Positions 12,841 through 26,560 of a DNA stretch of 64,000 nt are shown here, piece after piece. Location: assembly GCF_000143415.4 (NCBI RefSeq), contig NW_003314262.1, forward strand, positions 1,601,960 through 1,665,959. Reading direction: 5' to 3'. The notes under the pieces are model-generated. The model had not been told where the DNA came from. It did no database searches and saw only the letters and a list, made by a program, of their open reading frames with translations. Positions within the stretch are counted from its first letter, which is position 1, and each line of letters begins with the position of its first letter. The position numbers and the translations under genes were made by a program. This DNA comes from Selaginella moellendorffii. Taxonomy: Eukaryota > Plantae > Lycopodiophyta.

Positions 12841-13602
12841 ATGGCGAGGGATCAGCGGTGAGCCTCCCCACTGCGATTCCAGCGATGGAAGAATGGCGCC
12901 TCAAGCTCAAGGCGAGGATCAAGCGGGGAGCTGGTCGGAATCGGAGCCGTACGACACGGTATTTTCCCACATTCTTTATGCTTGAGTGTGTGTGTGTGTG
13001 TGTGTGTGTCGGGAGCGTCACAGGACGGCAGCAGCATAGATCCATCCGGCGTGCTGCTCCAGGAGGAGAAATCCTGGGCCTCACGACCTCGGGAGTCAGG
13101 AATGAGTGGTGTGGACAAGGAAAAGTCCAGAAGATTGTTTACAAGATGAGCAAAGGATCCCGGTATTTCGAGAACGAGCAGCGCAAAGACGCAGATGATC
13201 GAGAAATTCAGAGAACAGGCTGCAAAAATCAGCACGACTAGAGTTCTTTCTTTACATTTTTTTTCTTTTCCTTTCTCTGGCTTTGTTTTAACATCAAAAA
13301 GAGATCGAATTCTCGAGCTAGAGGCGAGCCAAAATCTCGACAAAACTTGGATGCGATATGGATGCGTTTTATGCCTCTGTCGAAGATCTTTCCTTGTCCA
13401 GCAAGCCTATGGCTGCTTGTCGATGATTTGCAATGTAAACTATGAAGCACTTTCTGAGAGTATCTCTGTATTATTTTTCCACCGCCTTGAAAGTTTGGAG
13501 TGCGTGCTGCAATGCCGGGTTTCATAGCCTGCAAACTGTGTTCAGACGTGGTATTGATAAACATTTGGAAAATACACGCATTACAGGGAACTCACACGTG
13601 AA
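12841..13602 (+). pseudogene. POLK: DNA polymerase kappa 5' partial pseudogene
   Basis: Inverted copy of ~44670-45491 including introns ([22 protein letters not shown]; [10 protein letters not shown]). Frameshifts, deletions and truncation. Confidence 0.88.
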
Positions 13603-13758
13603 CCATATTTGTGTCATATAAATCTGCGATGACTTCGGCCAGAAGATACTCGTCCGGCAAGTACTGATCTTCTAGAAAGGCAAGAACAGCCTTGGGCGCA
13701 TCCACCGAGAGGGCGCATCCACCCCGGATCTTGAACTTCAGCCTCGTATGAGTTAATG

Positions 13759-14147
13759 CATAGTTACCAATTAATGCGTTTGGGTGAAAATTTAGTAACG
13801 CGTTCGTAACGTCGCGTTAGTAACACACGTGCGGGTTCGAGTCACGTTCAAAACGAACTCTTTTAAAGATTCCGAATCTTTCCATAAATTTAAATTAAGT
13901 TTACCATTAAGCTAGGTTTATCATCCATTATGCCTCCACGTAGAGGAGGCAAGAGGAAAGAACCTTTGTGGGAGCTTCATTCTATTGAAGGTGAAGGTTC
14001 AAGTTTCAAGTTTTAAAGATTTCTTTCCACTTTCTTTAGGGTTTTTCACATTCGGTTCACACGTTGCGTTCAGATGAAAATTTGTCATTCATAATGCCGT
14101 TTGTAACACGTATGTATGCAACGTTAGGAAGTTTGGCAGTAACTATG
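13759..14147 (+). mobile_element. Non-autonomous hAT element (389 bp)
   Basis: TIRs CATAGTTAC...GTAACTATG; 8-bp TSD AGTTAATG/AGCTAATG; retains a transposase-like start MPPRRGGKRKEPLWELH. Confidence 0.8.
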
Positions 14148-15483
14148 AGCTAATGGTGGAGCTCCTGGATGTGGCAAGATTCGCTGTGCATGGACAACAC
14201 TTGAGGAGCGGAAATGCAGGCCTGGATGTGCTCAGTCTTCTTGCTATGCAGATCCCTGCGTTTGTGTTGCAGCAAGCTTTGTGGCAGAAGCTGCAAGAAT
14301 CAGCACTTGTCCTTTGGAGGAACAAGACATTGTCTTCTTGGCAAAACTGAGGGGGTAAATGAGATTTGTTGAGCTTCTCGACCCAGCAGCAGCTGCTCAG
14401 GGTGATCATGGAGCTCAACAGGTATGAGATCAAGTCCTTGAAGAGTAAATTTGTTTGCTTTTGGGGCATTTGCCTTCGAGTGATCTACTCAATAATCTTG
14501 GAAAATTTAAATTTATTATTATTACATAAAATCCCTATTATAAGAAATGCTATATATTTTTTTAGATGTAATTTATAAATAAAAATTTCTTTATCTTCTA
14601 TTAAAATCAAATACAATACCAATTTCTAATTCTTTTTCAATGTCATAAACACCTCATATTCAAACATTGCAAGATGATGAAGCCAAAGTTTAACATTTGG
14701 ATCCATCCCAAGAAGTATACAATATACAAAATATATGTGCTTGCAAGGAATGAAAGATTTATCAAAAGTCTGACATTGAAAGACATATGTGCAAATGCAA
14801 TTTGGGAATTAGTTGATTGTGATCTTGTAAACCTTCTCGTTTATACTATTAGTTCTTTAATTGAGAATTGTATACTCATGATGATAATATTGTTACTTGA
14901 TGTTGACACTCTTAACTTTCACCTTCAACTATAATGCTTTTGAGTATGTTGTCTTTGTTTCCTTTGACCAAGTATTTATAATCTTCACACTTTTGTTATT
15001 TTTTGTTTTTAGAACTTCTTGAGAATAATGTTAAGGTTAAACTTGTGGTTGTGGGTGTAAAGTGTTCTCTTCAAATTTAAAGCTTGTTTCAACCAAAGCT
15101 TGAAGCTCCAAATTTATCAAGTTCACCCTTTTTTCAATTGGCCAAGTACATGGTACATGTTCTAATTTTTGGATAATCTATGCTACAACAGACCATATGT
15201 GCATAACTTCTGTTGAACAGAACCATATGAACTGATTATAGTGTTGTGGAGGATCACTATATTATCATCGCTATCATGAATGTAACTTCAGGTATCGAAA
15301 GTTACCTATTGACTAGTCCTTTCAAATATTCTTTCTTTATTGCCATGACAGCAAGAGGTCGGTATTGCTAAATCCTTTATCAGTCTCTACCTAAGCTAAT
15401 TAAGAAACTATTCATCACATATGCACTTAGACTGAAAGGGTACTAAGGAAGGAAATTCTAAATTGTCATTTGTCAAATAGACT

Positions 15484-15845
15484 TGACACAGTGATGAGAA
15501 ACTCATGATGTTGACTTGCACTTGCTAGTGTTGGGAACTCCTATGATATTGAGCTTAGTCCCTTAATACTCGCTAAATAATAGTTTACCGTGTTTGCTAA
15601 ACACTTTCGCTATCATGCCCTTTGTGTTAATTTCATTTCATATTTATGAAAAGTGTTTATTTAAGACTGTTCCAAGTTGCTCCGTGCTCCTATCCCTTTG
15701 CTCCTTGGGCTGTATGCTTGGGAGTTGCTCTATGGTCTAATTTAGTCACTCCTTGGCTCTATGCTTAGGAATTTAGCTCCGTACTTTCATTCAATCTCAT
15801 GGGAGGGTCACAAAGTTGGGCTGTGAGTAAAGCCCAAAGCAAAAA
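15484..15845. mobile_element. LTR fragment of the same family as 1-858
   Basis: Starts TGACAC. Aligns with 1-150 and ~26320-26430, and includes the AAAGCCCAAAGC core. Confidence 0.6.
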
Positions 15846-16749
15846 ATGTAAGAGACTTATTAGGGGTGAACACCCTTTAGATTTGGTAAAGCAAGAGCTT
15901 TTGTTATGGAACTGAAAAGATGCCTCGAGAATGAAGATAATGATTCTATATTGCTTAATACAACAATTAAAAGGTAAGAGCAAAAAATTAGTGGCCAAGA
16001 ATAGGCCATGGAAATCATTAGAAGGAATCCAAATAGCAATGTTAAGTGAGGAACACTTATGTGTTGGATATTAATAGATTATGAGAAAAGAAATATGTTT
16101 CTAAAAATAGATTCCCCAAATGTTTAATTTGGCAAAAATGAAAGTTCTAAGGGAGGGAGCAGCTATGCTAGCACAAACTATGGATAAATGGAACTTAGTG
16201 TTTAAAGTGGCACGAAATAAAATAGAGGATTCAAGTAAAAAAATTTAGAATGGGAAAGTGGAGTTACATAATGTATGCAATACAAGGTGTCGAAAATATC
16301 CAGGAAATTAACTTCAAGAAGTCAAAACTAAAAGCTTCAAAGTGTGATGGTTATGTTGATAAAAACTAAGGATACTCAGGAATGAATAGTTAGATTGAGA
16401 TAGAGAAGACATCTTTAACAAATTTAGTGAAAAATAAACCAAATAAAGGGAAAGAACCACCAAAAGTAGTTTAATGAGTCTTTAAATTGGAAAGACTATA
16501 CTCTTTAAAGGATAAGAAAAGTATGATGAGCTTTCAGTGTCAAAGTCGCTTGTTTAGGTTCCCCATATTAGAATATCCTTGCAATGGGGACTGGCACTAC
16601 CAGTCATATTTGCTTCCCAGTCCTGGAACTTGAGATTTGCATCCTTGTGGACTGAGTCTGGATTCAATTAAGTGATTTCTAACCCCATGGATGCAATGCC
16701 AGATAGTGCTGAAGGAGAGCCCCCTTTGGAATTCCAGTGACTTCATACC

Positions 16750-17100
16750 TTACCTTCAGCCATTGTTCATTGAATTCCTACAGCATTTGGCCCTTCAACT
16801 TGTTCAATGGCAGCTCTCCAACAGACATGGTGATGAACTGCTATGTTGAATTCCTCCCATCCTGGAAGCTTGCCCCTCTGTTCCAAGCTAAACTATTCTG
16901 AAGCCAGGCCTTTAAGGTCTAGCACTGAAAATGCCACCTTGTGAGTATTCGGTGGCCTCTATACACAAACCAATGATCTAAGTTTTCATAGCCATTCTTG
17001 TAGCTTTTGCTGATCGTTTTCCCCTCGATACTCTTCAATCGTGAGTCTATCCTTCCCTTGCCACTGGATTGATTGAGCTTCCTTGAAAAATTGGTCCTGG
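16750..17100 (-). mobile_element. Degenerate retrotransposon gag fragment
   Basis: IEEYRGENDQQKLQEWL and HKVAFSVLDLKGLASE*FSLEQRGKLPGWEEF resemble Ty3/gypsy capsid motifs. Confidence 0.55.
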
Positions 17101-17574
17101 GGCCAACCCAAGTTTGGTGACCATTTGGAGCCTCCCATCAGTGAGATTGCAGGCTGCCAAGGACTTGGTGAAGAGCGGAGCTTCTGATGAGGTCTGAAAG
17201 AATGGCTGGTGTGGAGCCAAAACATTAGCAGAACTTCCATTGGAAGAGGGAAGTCCTAGTGGCCAGCCACCAAGGGAATGATCCATGATGTTCAAAAAGT
17301 GTCGAACCGATCATGGGAAGTTGATTTAGAGCTGAAGCAACATTGAAATTAACCTAAACATTGGTATATGAACTAAACACACAAAGATTGAGCATGGGAC
17401 CTAACCTACCTCACTCTCTCATGGTCCCCTTAATAAACTTCCAGGGTCTCGTAGCCTAGAGTTTTGGCCACCACAAATGAAACAAAGTACTAGGACAACT
17501 TGCTTATTGCCATGGCCACGCTTTCCCTTGCCAGACTATCCATGGCCACTACTCCCTTGGCGATTGCCGATAAA

Positions 17575-18530
17575 TTTGCTGGCTGCAAGAGAAATAGCGT
17601 CATGAAGAAGGAAGAAAGAAAAAACTTACATGTCTTGTGGTCAGCCTGCTAAATGAGCCCTTCAGGGCATTCCTGAAATGAAAGAGAAAAGATAAGAAAG
17701 AAAAAATAAAAACCTGGTCCAAGCTTCCTACTTGTGCAATTTTTGCGGCACTAACAGAATAACCTGCTTCTTCGAAAGATCCACCTAGACAAGCCACAGT
17801 CAGCCAGGGTATGTGATATAAGTGTACAGTTATACTTTGTCCACGATGATCGTGTGCTGGTCCTTGACGTTTAGGCCCTTTTGGTTGACAACGAATTCCT
17901 GTTTCAAGAAAGAGATTACCACCTTTACAATGTTGAGCTAGAAGGCATGTACACACCTCTTTCTTGCTTGCAAAACGCACCTCCACCAGCGACCAAAGCC
18001 TCATCTCCCTTGATCACAACCAACGTAGTTGTAAGGAAAGGCCAGCACAGGCGATACTGGGAAACAGAAAACCTCAATCTTGGATAGCAACTTTGCCTAT
18101 GACGCCAACGAAATGAAATAAGAAATAACCCGGCGACTTGCATTTGAAAGGCCACCTCGATCGCTTCCTTGGAAAAGCCATAGCGCTTCAAGGATTCCTC
18201 CAAGAGCTTTCCAAGTCTGTAGCAATTCTCCTCCATGAAAGGGATTGTTTCTGAGGCAAGCCAGAGATTAAACTTGATCTGTACTGTAGTAGAAAAACTA
18301 GTCTTCGCCCACCTCTGTGCACACTCCACTGTGCCTCGTGCATGCGAACAACGGTTACCGCTTTCCCTTCGCCTAATTCACAACTCTTGATCTTGTGCTG
18401 AAAAGTAAAAAGTCAGGCCAATACGTTCACAGATTTACTTGCTCACAATGAACGCTACGTGCTCCAAGTGATCCCTCTCTGCTCTGGCATACTGAATTCC
18501 TCCTTCGGCCTTCACTTCAATGTCGACCAT
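17575..18530 (-). CDS. Possible multi-exon gene or gene relic, product unknown
   Basis: ATG at 18530 (MVDIEVKAEGGIQYARAERDHLEHVAFI). Short GT-AG introns link plausible exons (HKIKSCELGEG..., VQIKFNLWLASETIPF...). No recognised domain; 3' end uncertain. Confidence 0.3.
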
Positions 18531-18849
18531 TGCAACCTTGCCCTAAATAGAATATTCTGAGGATAATCTAGAGTACAGACTTTAACAAGATTGAATTAGT
18601 ATTTATAAATACTAATTATTCAAATATTAAAATACAAGTTGATAAGGTAAAACCTCAATTAAATAGCACCTAAGATTAGATACTGGTAGTTTACTAAATA
18701 TTATTAAAATTAATAATTTTTTTAAAATACCTATTTAAGAAAAATATTGCCACTAAAATCTTAACAGAATATTCCTTAGTATGCCAGAAGATTCTTAAAA
18801 TATTCTTGTCAACGTAGAACCTCAAGCTAGCATTGAGAAAGGAGATCAC

Positions 18850-21800
18850 TTTTTGCAGGAAAATATAGACAAACACAGCTCTTATGCTCAGTTAGAAAAG
18901 ATGCTTGCAGGAGTAGAGCTTTCTAGGAGTGAACATAAAAGCTATATAGTGATGTTGAAGAAGTTCCCAAAGCTTTTCATAAACTCTTATGAGGAGCTAC
19001 GGCAAATGGATATAGTGGAACATGAGATTCTAATCAAGCAAGGAGCAAAGCTAGTGGCTCAAAAGCTATACAGGTTAGGACCTCTAAAATTTAATATTGT
19101 CAATGAAGTTGATCAAAGCTAACGTCATATTTGAAGTGGAGAATTCAGATTGGGTGTCATTTGTTGCACTAAAGCAAGGAAGGAAATGGAGAGTATGTAT
19201 CAACTATAAAAAGTTGAATGATGTTATACAACGTGATTATCATCCCATCCCATTCATGAATGAGATCTTTGATGAAGTACCAAAGCATGAGTGGTACACA
19301 TTTTGTGATGATACTCTAGATATTTTCAAGTTCAAATCGAGGAGAATCAATTGAAAACAACATTCACTACTCCTTAAGGAACTTTTGCATATAGAGTGAT
19401 GCCATTTAGGCTCACAAATGCACCAACAACATTCAATGACTGATAAACAAAATCTTTGACCCCTACCTTGGCAAATTTATCAGAGTGTACCTTGATGACT
19501 TTTGTATATACAACAATTGAGCAACTCATCTGGAAAAAGTACAAATAGCATTTGAAAGGCTAGATGTCAAAAGGTTGCCTAAATCCAGAGAAATCTTAAA
19601 TTGCGAGCATAAAAGGTACCTTGATTAATCATATAGTCTCGAAGGAAGGAATTGAATCGAGGCAAGATAAGATACAAAAGTTGGTGGAGATGCATGCTCC
19701 AAAGAACATGAAAGATATTTATAGGATTGACAAGTTACTTTTGAAGGTTTGTTGAGGGATTTGCTAAAATAGCATTTCCCTTTAACAAGCATTTATGAAA
19801 AGAAGAAAGCTTTAATTGGACAGCAGAGTGTCAAGAAATATTTGAAAACTTGAAGTAGGGCACCACGACATTAGGATGAGATTTTGTATGTAAACATAAA
19901 CATTGGCAAGTATTCTATCACAACAATTCTATTCCAAAATGGGAGTAAAGGATATATGTTTCCCTTCTACTATGCTAGCCAACAATTTCAAGGACCTAAG
20001 CTAGGATATCCACTTTTGGAGAAGCATATCATATATGTGGTGGAGAAATTCAAACACTATTTGTGGGGAAGGCATGTTGTGCTCCTCACAAATAATGCTA
20101 CATTAAGGTACATTGCAAACAAAGCTAACACTTGTTGGGAAATTTTCCAAATGGATAATAACTTTGGCAGAGTATGATTTTGAGTTTTAACATGAGAAAA
20201 ACACTCGAGTAGGATTGGTTGGAGCTTTGGATTATAAAATACCTCTAACAATAAGTGTTGACATGGAAGAATATTAGGGTATTTACAACTTTTTGGGAAC
20301 AAAGAGTTGCAAAGGCATTGAAAAGCAGAAAATTATATGCAAGTTAAAACCATTCACACTAACTGACACAAACCACAGGAATATTCTAAGAATATTCTAT
20401 GGCCTGTGGGATTTAACGCCGTAACGCCTTAAGGGTTGGGAGGTTGGCCTAGGGTTCGCACTCCTGTTCATTTCATTGGTATTGGAGCAGCACATTCTTT
20501 TGGGGATGGCAGGTGAGCAAGACATTGATCCTGATGAGGAGTATGGCATTAGTGATGATAGTCATGATGATGCGGAAGAGACTCTTGATGATGTCGTTGT
20601 GCAACAAGGATGCCAGATTTTTGAGGTTCAGAGCGACATAAAGGAGGTTAAGGATTCTGTCAATCTCATTAAGGATTTCTTGCTTCACATGGACCTTCAA
20701 GGGTTGAATTGATCTCATGTTCGTGATTACCATTGGTATGTCAAGCATGCCAAGGATTATGGTATCATGGAATCATCACCAGATGTTTGTGATAGTCAAA
20801 AGTGATTCTTGGTTGGAATTGTGGGAAAGTTGTTAGTCTCACAATCCTTGTTAGGATAAAGTGAAGATAAATTTCTTTGTGACAAAGCTTATGGGCCATG
20901 CTTCTTCGTGGTGGAAGAACTACATCAAAGCTAATCCAAAGCCGACTTCTTGGACTGATTTGATGAAAGTTTTCCGCACTTCATTTGTCAAGAAGTTTGA
21001 AGAGTTTGATCTCGTGAACCAGCTATTAGCGATCCGGCAAGGGACTTTGTCTTTGGATGCGTATGCCCGCAAGTTCCATGATCTTTGCCTTAGTCTCACG
21101 GGCACCTATAATGAGTTGCTAAAGGTGCAATGTTTTATCAAAGGATTGAGCTCAGTGGATGTAAGGCTCAAATCTTTTCGCCCGAACTGTCAGTCAACTC
21201 GGTCAAGTTTGGTCAACGAGATAGTCTACAAAGTAGTCAACGTGATGACCAGCTCACTAATTCTTCATATTTGGGGATGAAACAGTTGTTATTCCATAGC
21301 ATGAAGATGGCAGTGAGGCTAAGAAACTTCGTTTGGACCAGCAAGAGAAGGACAAGGCGGAGGGCAATTGTTTTTGTTGCCATAGAGTTGACATTAGAGC
21401 AAGGATTGTTCTAAAGGGGTTAATGAATGATATAATGATTGTGGTGGAAATTATAGGCAATGATGTGAGTGATAGTGCTTTTGGGGCCGTATTGCTTCAA
21501 GTTAGGCATTCTCTCGCATTCATGAGCTACAAGTTTGATACCACACAGTGGAATTGACCTACTCAAGAATGGCAACATTATGGATCGGACTTCTATGTAG
21601 ATTTAGATCATTAGTCTCTCCAAATGTGGATTTTCGAGGCTACTTTGCTCGTTGGCAAGAGTTCTTGTAGGAAATGTTTGTTAAGATCCGGTACAAGCAT
21701 GGAGGTGACAATAAGATGGCTGATGCATTATCTAGGATGGTAAATTCTATCTCGTTTGTGAAGCTATCCAATGATTTCTTGGATGAGCTTAAGGAGTTTG

Positions 21801-24650
21801 TTGACTTCAACTCCTTTATCACTAATATTCGTGCGAAGGTTTTGTTGAGGGACGCCTTTACAGATTTGAAGGGTGACAAGTTTGCGTCATTCAAAATACG
21901 AGATGGAATTCTAGTGAAGAAGGGGTAGTGGTTCCTCGTGTTAACAAACTCATCAAATGGATTTTGGTTAAGTGTCATGATGTGCCAAGTGTTAGGCATC
22001 CGGGGGTATTGAGAACATATATGTTGGTGAAGAGGCATTTTTTTTGGCCTGGGATGAAGTCAGATGTTGAGAAGTACATACGTGGTTGTTTGACCTACCA
22101 AGCAGTCAAAGTTGATCATCAGAAGTTTGCTAGCCTCTATCATCTTTTATATGTACTCGAGAATAAGTGGGATAACATCTCGATGGACTTTATCACTGGT
22201 TTGCCCAAAACCTTTCAAGAAAATGATGTTATTTGGGTTGTTGTGGATCGTTTGACGAAGATGGCTCACTTCTTCCCTATGAAAATGACGATAAAAGCTT
22301 ATGAACTTGCTTAGTTGTTTGTAGACTGGTTATTTAGTTTGCCGAGTGACATTGTGAGTGATCGGGATCCCAAGTTTACATCCAAATTTTGGCAAACAGT
22401 TTTTGAGAAGCTAGAGACTAAGCTGAGCATGAGTAGTGGTGAGCATCCACAATCTGATGGGTAGACAGAGCGCATGAATCAGCTATTAGAAGATATGCTA
22501 AGGTCTTTTGTGGGAAATTTGACTTGACAGAGAGTATGGGAGAAGTACTTGCCTTTGCTTTAGTTTGCTCACAATAGCGCTCATCAATTGGCTATTGGCA
22601 TGTCTCCCTTTATGGCGATGTATGGCTATGAGCCTAGGTCTCCTGTGAGTTTAAATTTGGCTTTAGTTCGGGTTCCTCATGCTTGTGATTTCCTAGAGGA
22701 TATGCAAGACAAGCTTGAGTTGGCAAAATTGAACATGACGCAAGCTCAAGAGCGAGACAAAAGATTGGCTAATGAGCATCGTTGTCATCAAGAGTACAAA
22801 GTTGGTGACAAAGTTTTCCTTAAGTTGTCGGATGCACAACAATCTCTAAAAGGAAGTGGCAATGCTAAGTTGTCTCCACAGTATTGTGGGCCTTGGACAA
22901 TTTTATAGCGTGTGGGGGATCTTGCATACACTTTGGACTTGCTAGTTAGTTTGAAGATTCATCAAATATTCCATGTGAGCAAGCTTAAAGTGTGTTTGCA
23001 CTCTAGTGATATCATGAATCAGTCCATCATCCAGGTTCCAGAGATTGATGCAGAGAAAGCTAGTCTGGCCAATATTCTTGCTCAAAGATTGGTGAAAACA
23101 TGCAAAAAGACAACTAGGGAGTTGTTAGTTCAGTGGAATGGTTATTCCATGGACGAAGCTACATGGGAAACTGAGGATAACATGAAGAGAGTGTTTCCGA
23201 GTTTTGGTTATGACTTGGATGACATTCCTGAAGAAGGGGAGAATTGAGTTCTATAGCCATATTACTATGTGATTTGAGTTGTTTGTTCTATTCTCATTCT
23301 CTTGTTTCCATGACCGTATTGTCATGTGAGAAAGCCATATTGCTTTCTTTCTTTCGTGGCCGTTTGTCGCGATGTTGATGTTGCCGTTTGCACATCTTTT
23401 CTCTATGGCTGTATTGCCTTGGACTCCCTTCATGTGAGGCTTGTTTAGCTTCTCGAGGCTGCCGTATGTAGCTGGGTCATGAGGGAAGGGAGAATGACAC
23501 GAACCACAGGAATATTCCAAGAATATTCCATGGCCTGTGGGATTTAAGGCCGTAACGCCTTAAGGTTTGGGAGGTTGGCCTAGGGTTCGCACTCCTATTC
23601 GTTTCACTAACAAGTGATCAACTTTATTGAATTAGATGAAACAACATTGGACAATTCTTCCATAATTATATGGCCAAGAAGATTGTGAATGTAGGATATT
23701 TTCTGACCAACAATATTCTAGGATGTGAAGGAATGGTGCAAGTCATATCACATTTGTCAAGCTTTTGAAAGAAGAATCCTTCAACCATGAAGTCTTCATC
23801 CAATTTTGTCGACATAACCATTTGAGAAATGGAGGATAGATTTTATAGGATCAGTTCTGATGGCATTAAGTTAAAAAAGATTTATTTTGGTGGCAATAGA
23901 CTACCTTACTGAGTGGGCTGAAGTAGTAACAACTAAAACTAACACAAAAGAAGTTTTTTGGTAAATTTTCTTGTCCAAATTATATGCACAAGGTTTGGTT
24001 GCTTGTTAGAGATTGTCACTGACCAATTTGCAATGAGGTGGTTAAAACACTAATGAAGAAGCTATCAATAAAATATTGACAGTCAATATCATACTATCCA
24101 CAAGCTAACAAGTTGGTGGAGGGAATAAATAATGTATTGTGCAACATTCTAGGAAAACTAACTATTGAGAAGAAGAAAAATTGGGACAAATGACTGATGA
24201 CAGTATTATAAGTTTATAAAACTACACATAAGGTAACAACAATTTCACTCTTTTCTAGCTAGTTTATGGGATAGAAGTTATATTTCTAATTGAGTTGGAG
24301 ATCCTAATTTTACAACTAATGTTGAAGCATTGATAATGAGGACTTGCAATTAAAGCTCATTCAACTTAAGGGGATGGATAAGAATCAATGTCAAGCTTGT
24401 CAACATATGGAAGCAGTTTAGTAGCAACAAAAGCACAAATTTGATAAGAAATGTGTAAAGGCTTTTCAAGTTAGTGATTTAGTTATGAAGTATGATAGCA
24501 GGATTGATAAAACATTCACAAAAAAGTTTCTTCCGCGATAGGGTGGCCCATATCAGATCACAATAATGGATTATACTTGCTAGCAGATTTTGATAGAGAA
24601 CAATATGACACCCAATTAAATGGATATAGACTGAAAATGTTCCATGTTCA
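18850..24650 (+). mobile_element. Degenerate Ty3/gypsy pol (RT-RNase H-integrase, Athila/Tat-like), interrupted by a nested element
   Basis: RT motifs WRVCINYKKLN, MPFRLTNAPTTF and VYLDDF. RNase H FKHYLWGRHVVLLTNNATL. Integrase (WRIDFIG, YYPQANKLVE, GPY) resumes after 23611. Many stops and frameshifts. Confidence 0.88.
20364..23606 (+). mobile_element. Nested chromovirus-type Ty3/gypsy element with 112-bp LTRs; gag, RNase H remnant, integrase, chromodomain
   Basis: LTRs 20364-20475 and 23495-23606; TSD CTAAC; PBS TGGTATTGGAGC; PPT GAGGGAAGGGAGAA. Integrase HHCC and ISMDFITGLP; chromodomain LLVQWNGYSMDEATWE. Confidence 0.93.
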
Positions 24651-25914
24651 ACTATAAAACAACACTACCATTGGGTTGTAAACAACTTGCATGGCTTATA
24701 ACCAAAGGGCTTGTTTGGATGGGATTATGTGACAAGAAAAATTTTCAACAAAAAATGCCATACTCAAAGTTGAGGTATATATATGTACAAGATATGTATA
24801 TACAAAACCATTCCTCTATACCTCTACCCTTACCACTTTACTATTCTATAACCACCTTTTCTCTATGACCTGATATTTGAAGTTAAACCAAATCCTTTCA
24901 CAACTACTCTCTTATCTTTATATCTTATATTTGTCCTATTATCCATCCATTTTACTCTATCTAAAACTTATTTTCCACCACCTTTATAAAATGATTTGTT
25001 ATATACCTTCTACATTTAAGTATACCCTCCAACCTNNNNNNNNNNNNNNNNNNNNNNNNNNNNNNNNNNNNNNNNNNNNNNNNNNNNNNNNNNNNNNNNN
25101 NNNNNNNNNNNNNNNNNNNNNNNNNNNNNNNNNNNNNNNNNNNNNNNNNNNNNNNNNNNNNNNNNNNNNNNNNNNNNNNNNNNNNNNNNNNNNNNNNNNN
25201 NNNNNNNNNNNNNNNNNNNNNNNNNNNNNNNNNNNNCTCTAAAGAAGCGTATGGCAAAGATTTCATGAGTGGACAATACTTAGTGATTAACCAATGGATC
25301 CTAGAGAACACCCAGTAGAGAACAAGGCATAAATCATGGAGAAAATCATTTAAAGTCCTACCATGGAGAAATGAAATTTAGAGTTTTCTTTTTTCCCTTA
25401 ACAGCAAGGATAACATTATTATGTTTAGAACAATCTCTACATTCTATAAATATGCCTCATCAGCAAATTTAGACATTTTCCATAAATAATAATAGGATCA
25501 AACAAAACTAACACATGGGGTATGATAGTGAGGGAGTCTTAGTGGACATGATAAGATATCATTTAGCAAATATTGAAGGATTAAGCTCAATATTCCCCAA
25601 CACTAATAAGTGTAAGCTAACAATTTCTCATCATTGTATCAAAATTACTTGATTAAATGATAATTTAAAATCTATTTCCTTAGTGCTAGTAGACATGTGG
25701 TAACTAGTTTCTCAACTAGCTTGGGCAAAGATTGATAAAGGGAACTAGTAATATTAATCTTTTGCTATTGTAATAGTAAAAGAAGAATATCTTAAAGGAC
25801 TCACTAACATATAATTTTTGATACCTATAGTCACATTTATGATAGCTATGTCCAATTTGATAACATCATTCATAATGGAAAGCCCTCTTTTAATGACCAA
25901 TATCTTTCATTCTC

Positions 25915-26560
25915 GTTCTCCAAATGTATAATAGGGATAGTGAATAAGTCAAACATGGCTAACCAGTCTAGCTCCCATTTATGGGGGGTTTCAAATGTAT
26001 AGTAAGGATAGTGAATAAGTTAGGCATGGCTAACCTAAGGCATAGTCTAGCGCTTATTTATGGGGGGTTTCAAATGTATACTAAGGATAATGAATAAGTT
26101 AACTTGAGGCATAGTCTAGCTCCTATTTGTGTGTCTGTCTTTGTAGTATTTATATCCTTGCATTAGGTTATTGGTATACTAAAATAGCACTAGACTTTGT
26201 TTGACTCTGTTTTGCATATTAGTCTTAGTATTATGATGCTAGATGCTCTAGGACTACTCTAACATCACTCCATGATCATGTCCTTCGCTCCTTAAGCTAT
26301 ACACTTAGGAATCACTCTAGACTCCTATCCCTTTGCTCCTTAACCTATATGATTGGGAGATGTTTCGTGCTCTAGTTTCTTATACTCCTTAGTATATGCT
26401 TAGGAATTTAGCTCCATCTCTTCATTCAGTGGCCCAAGGCTCTGAATTTAAGTTCTACCTTGCTGCCATTGGCCCATGTGTCCAAGGGTTAAAGTTCCAT
26501 TTCATGGTTATTCTATGGTAAACATCATAGAGTAAAAAGTGAAAACCATGTATGCTATAA
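25915..26560. mobile_element. LTR fragment (family of 1-858) with three ~60-bp tandem subrepeats
   Basis: Repeated CAAATGTATA..AGGATAGTGAATAAGT units; the 3' part aligns with 700-858. Confidence 0.6.

Noticed and set aside
24877-25311. Long ORFs spanning N runs (also 41018-41844)
   Set aside because: Artefacts of assembly gaps.
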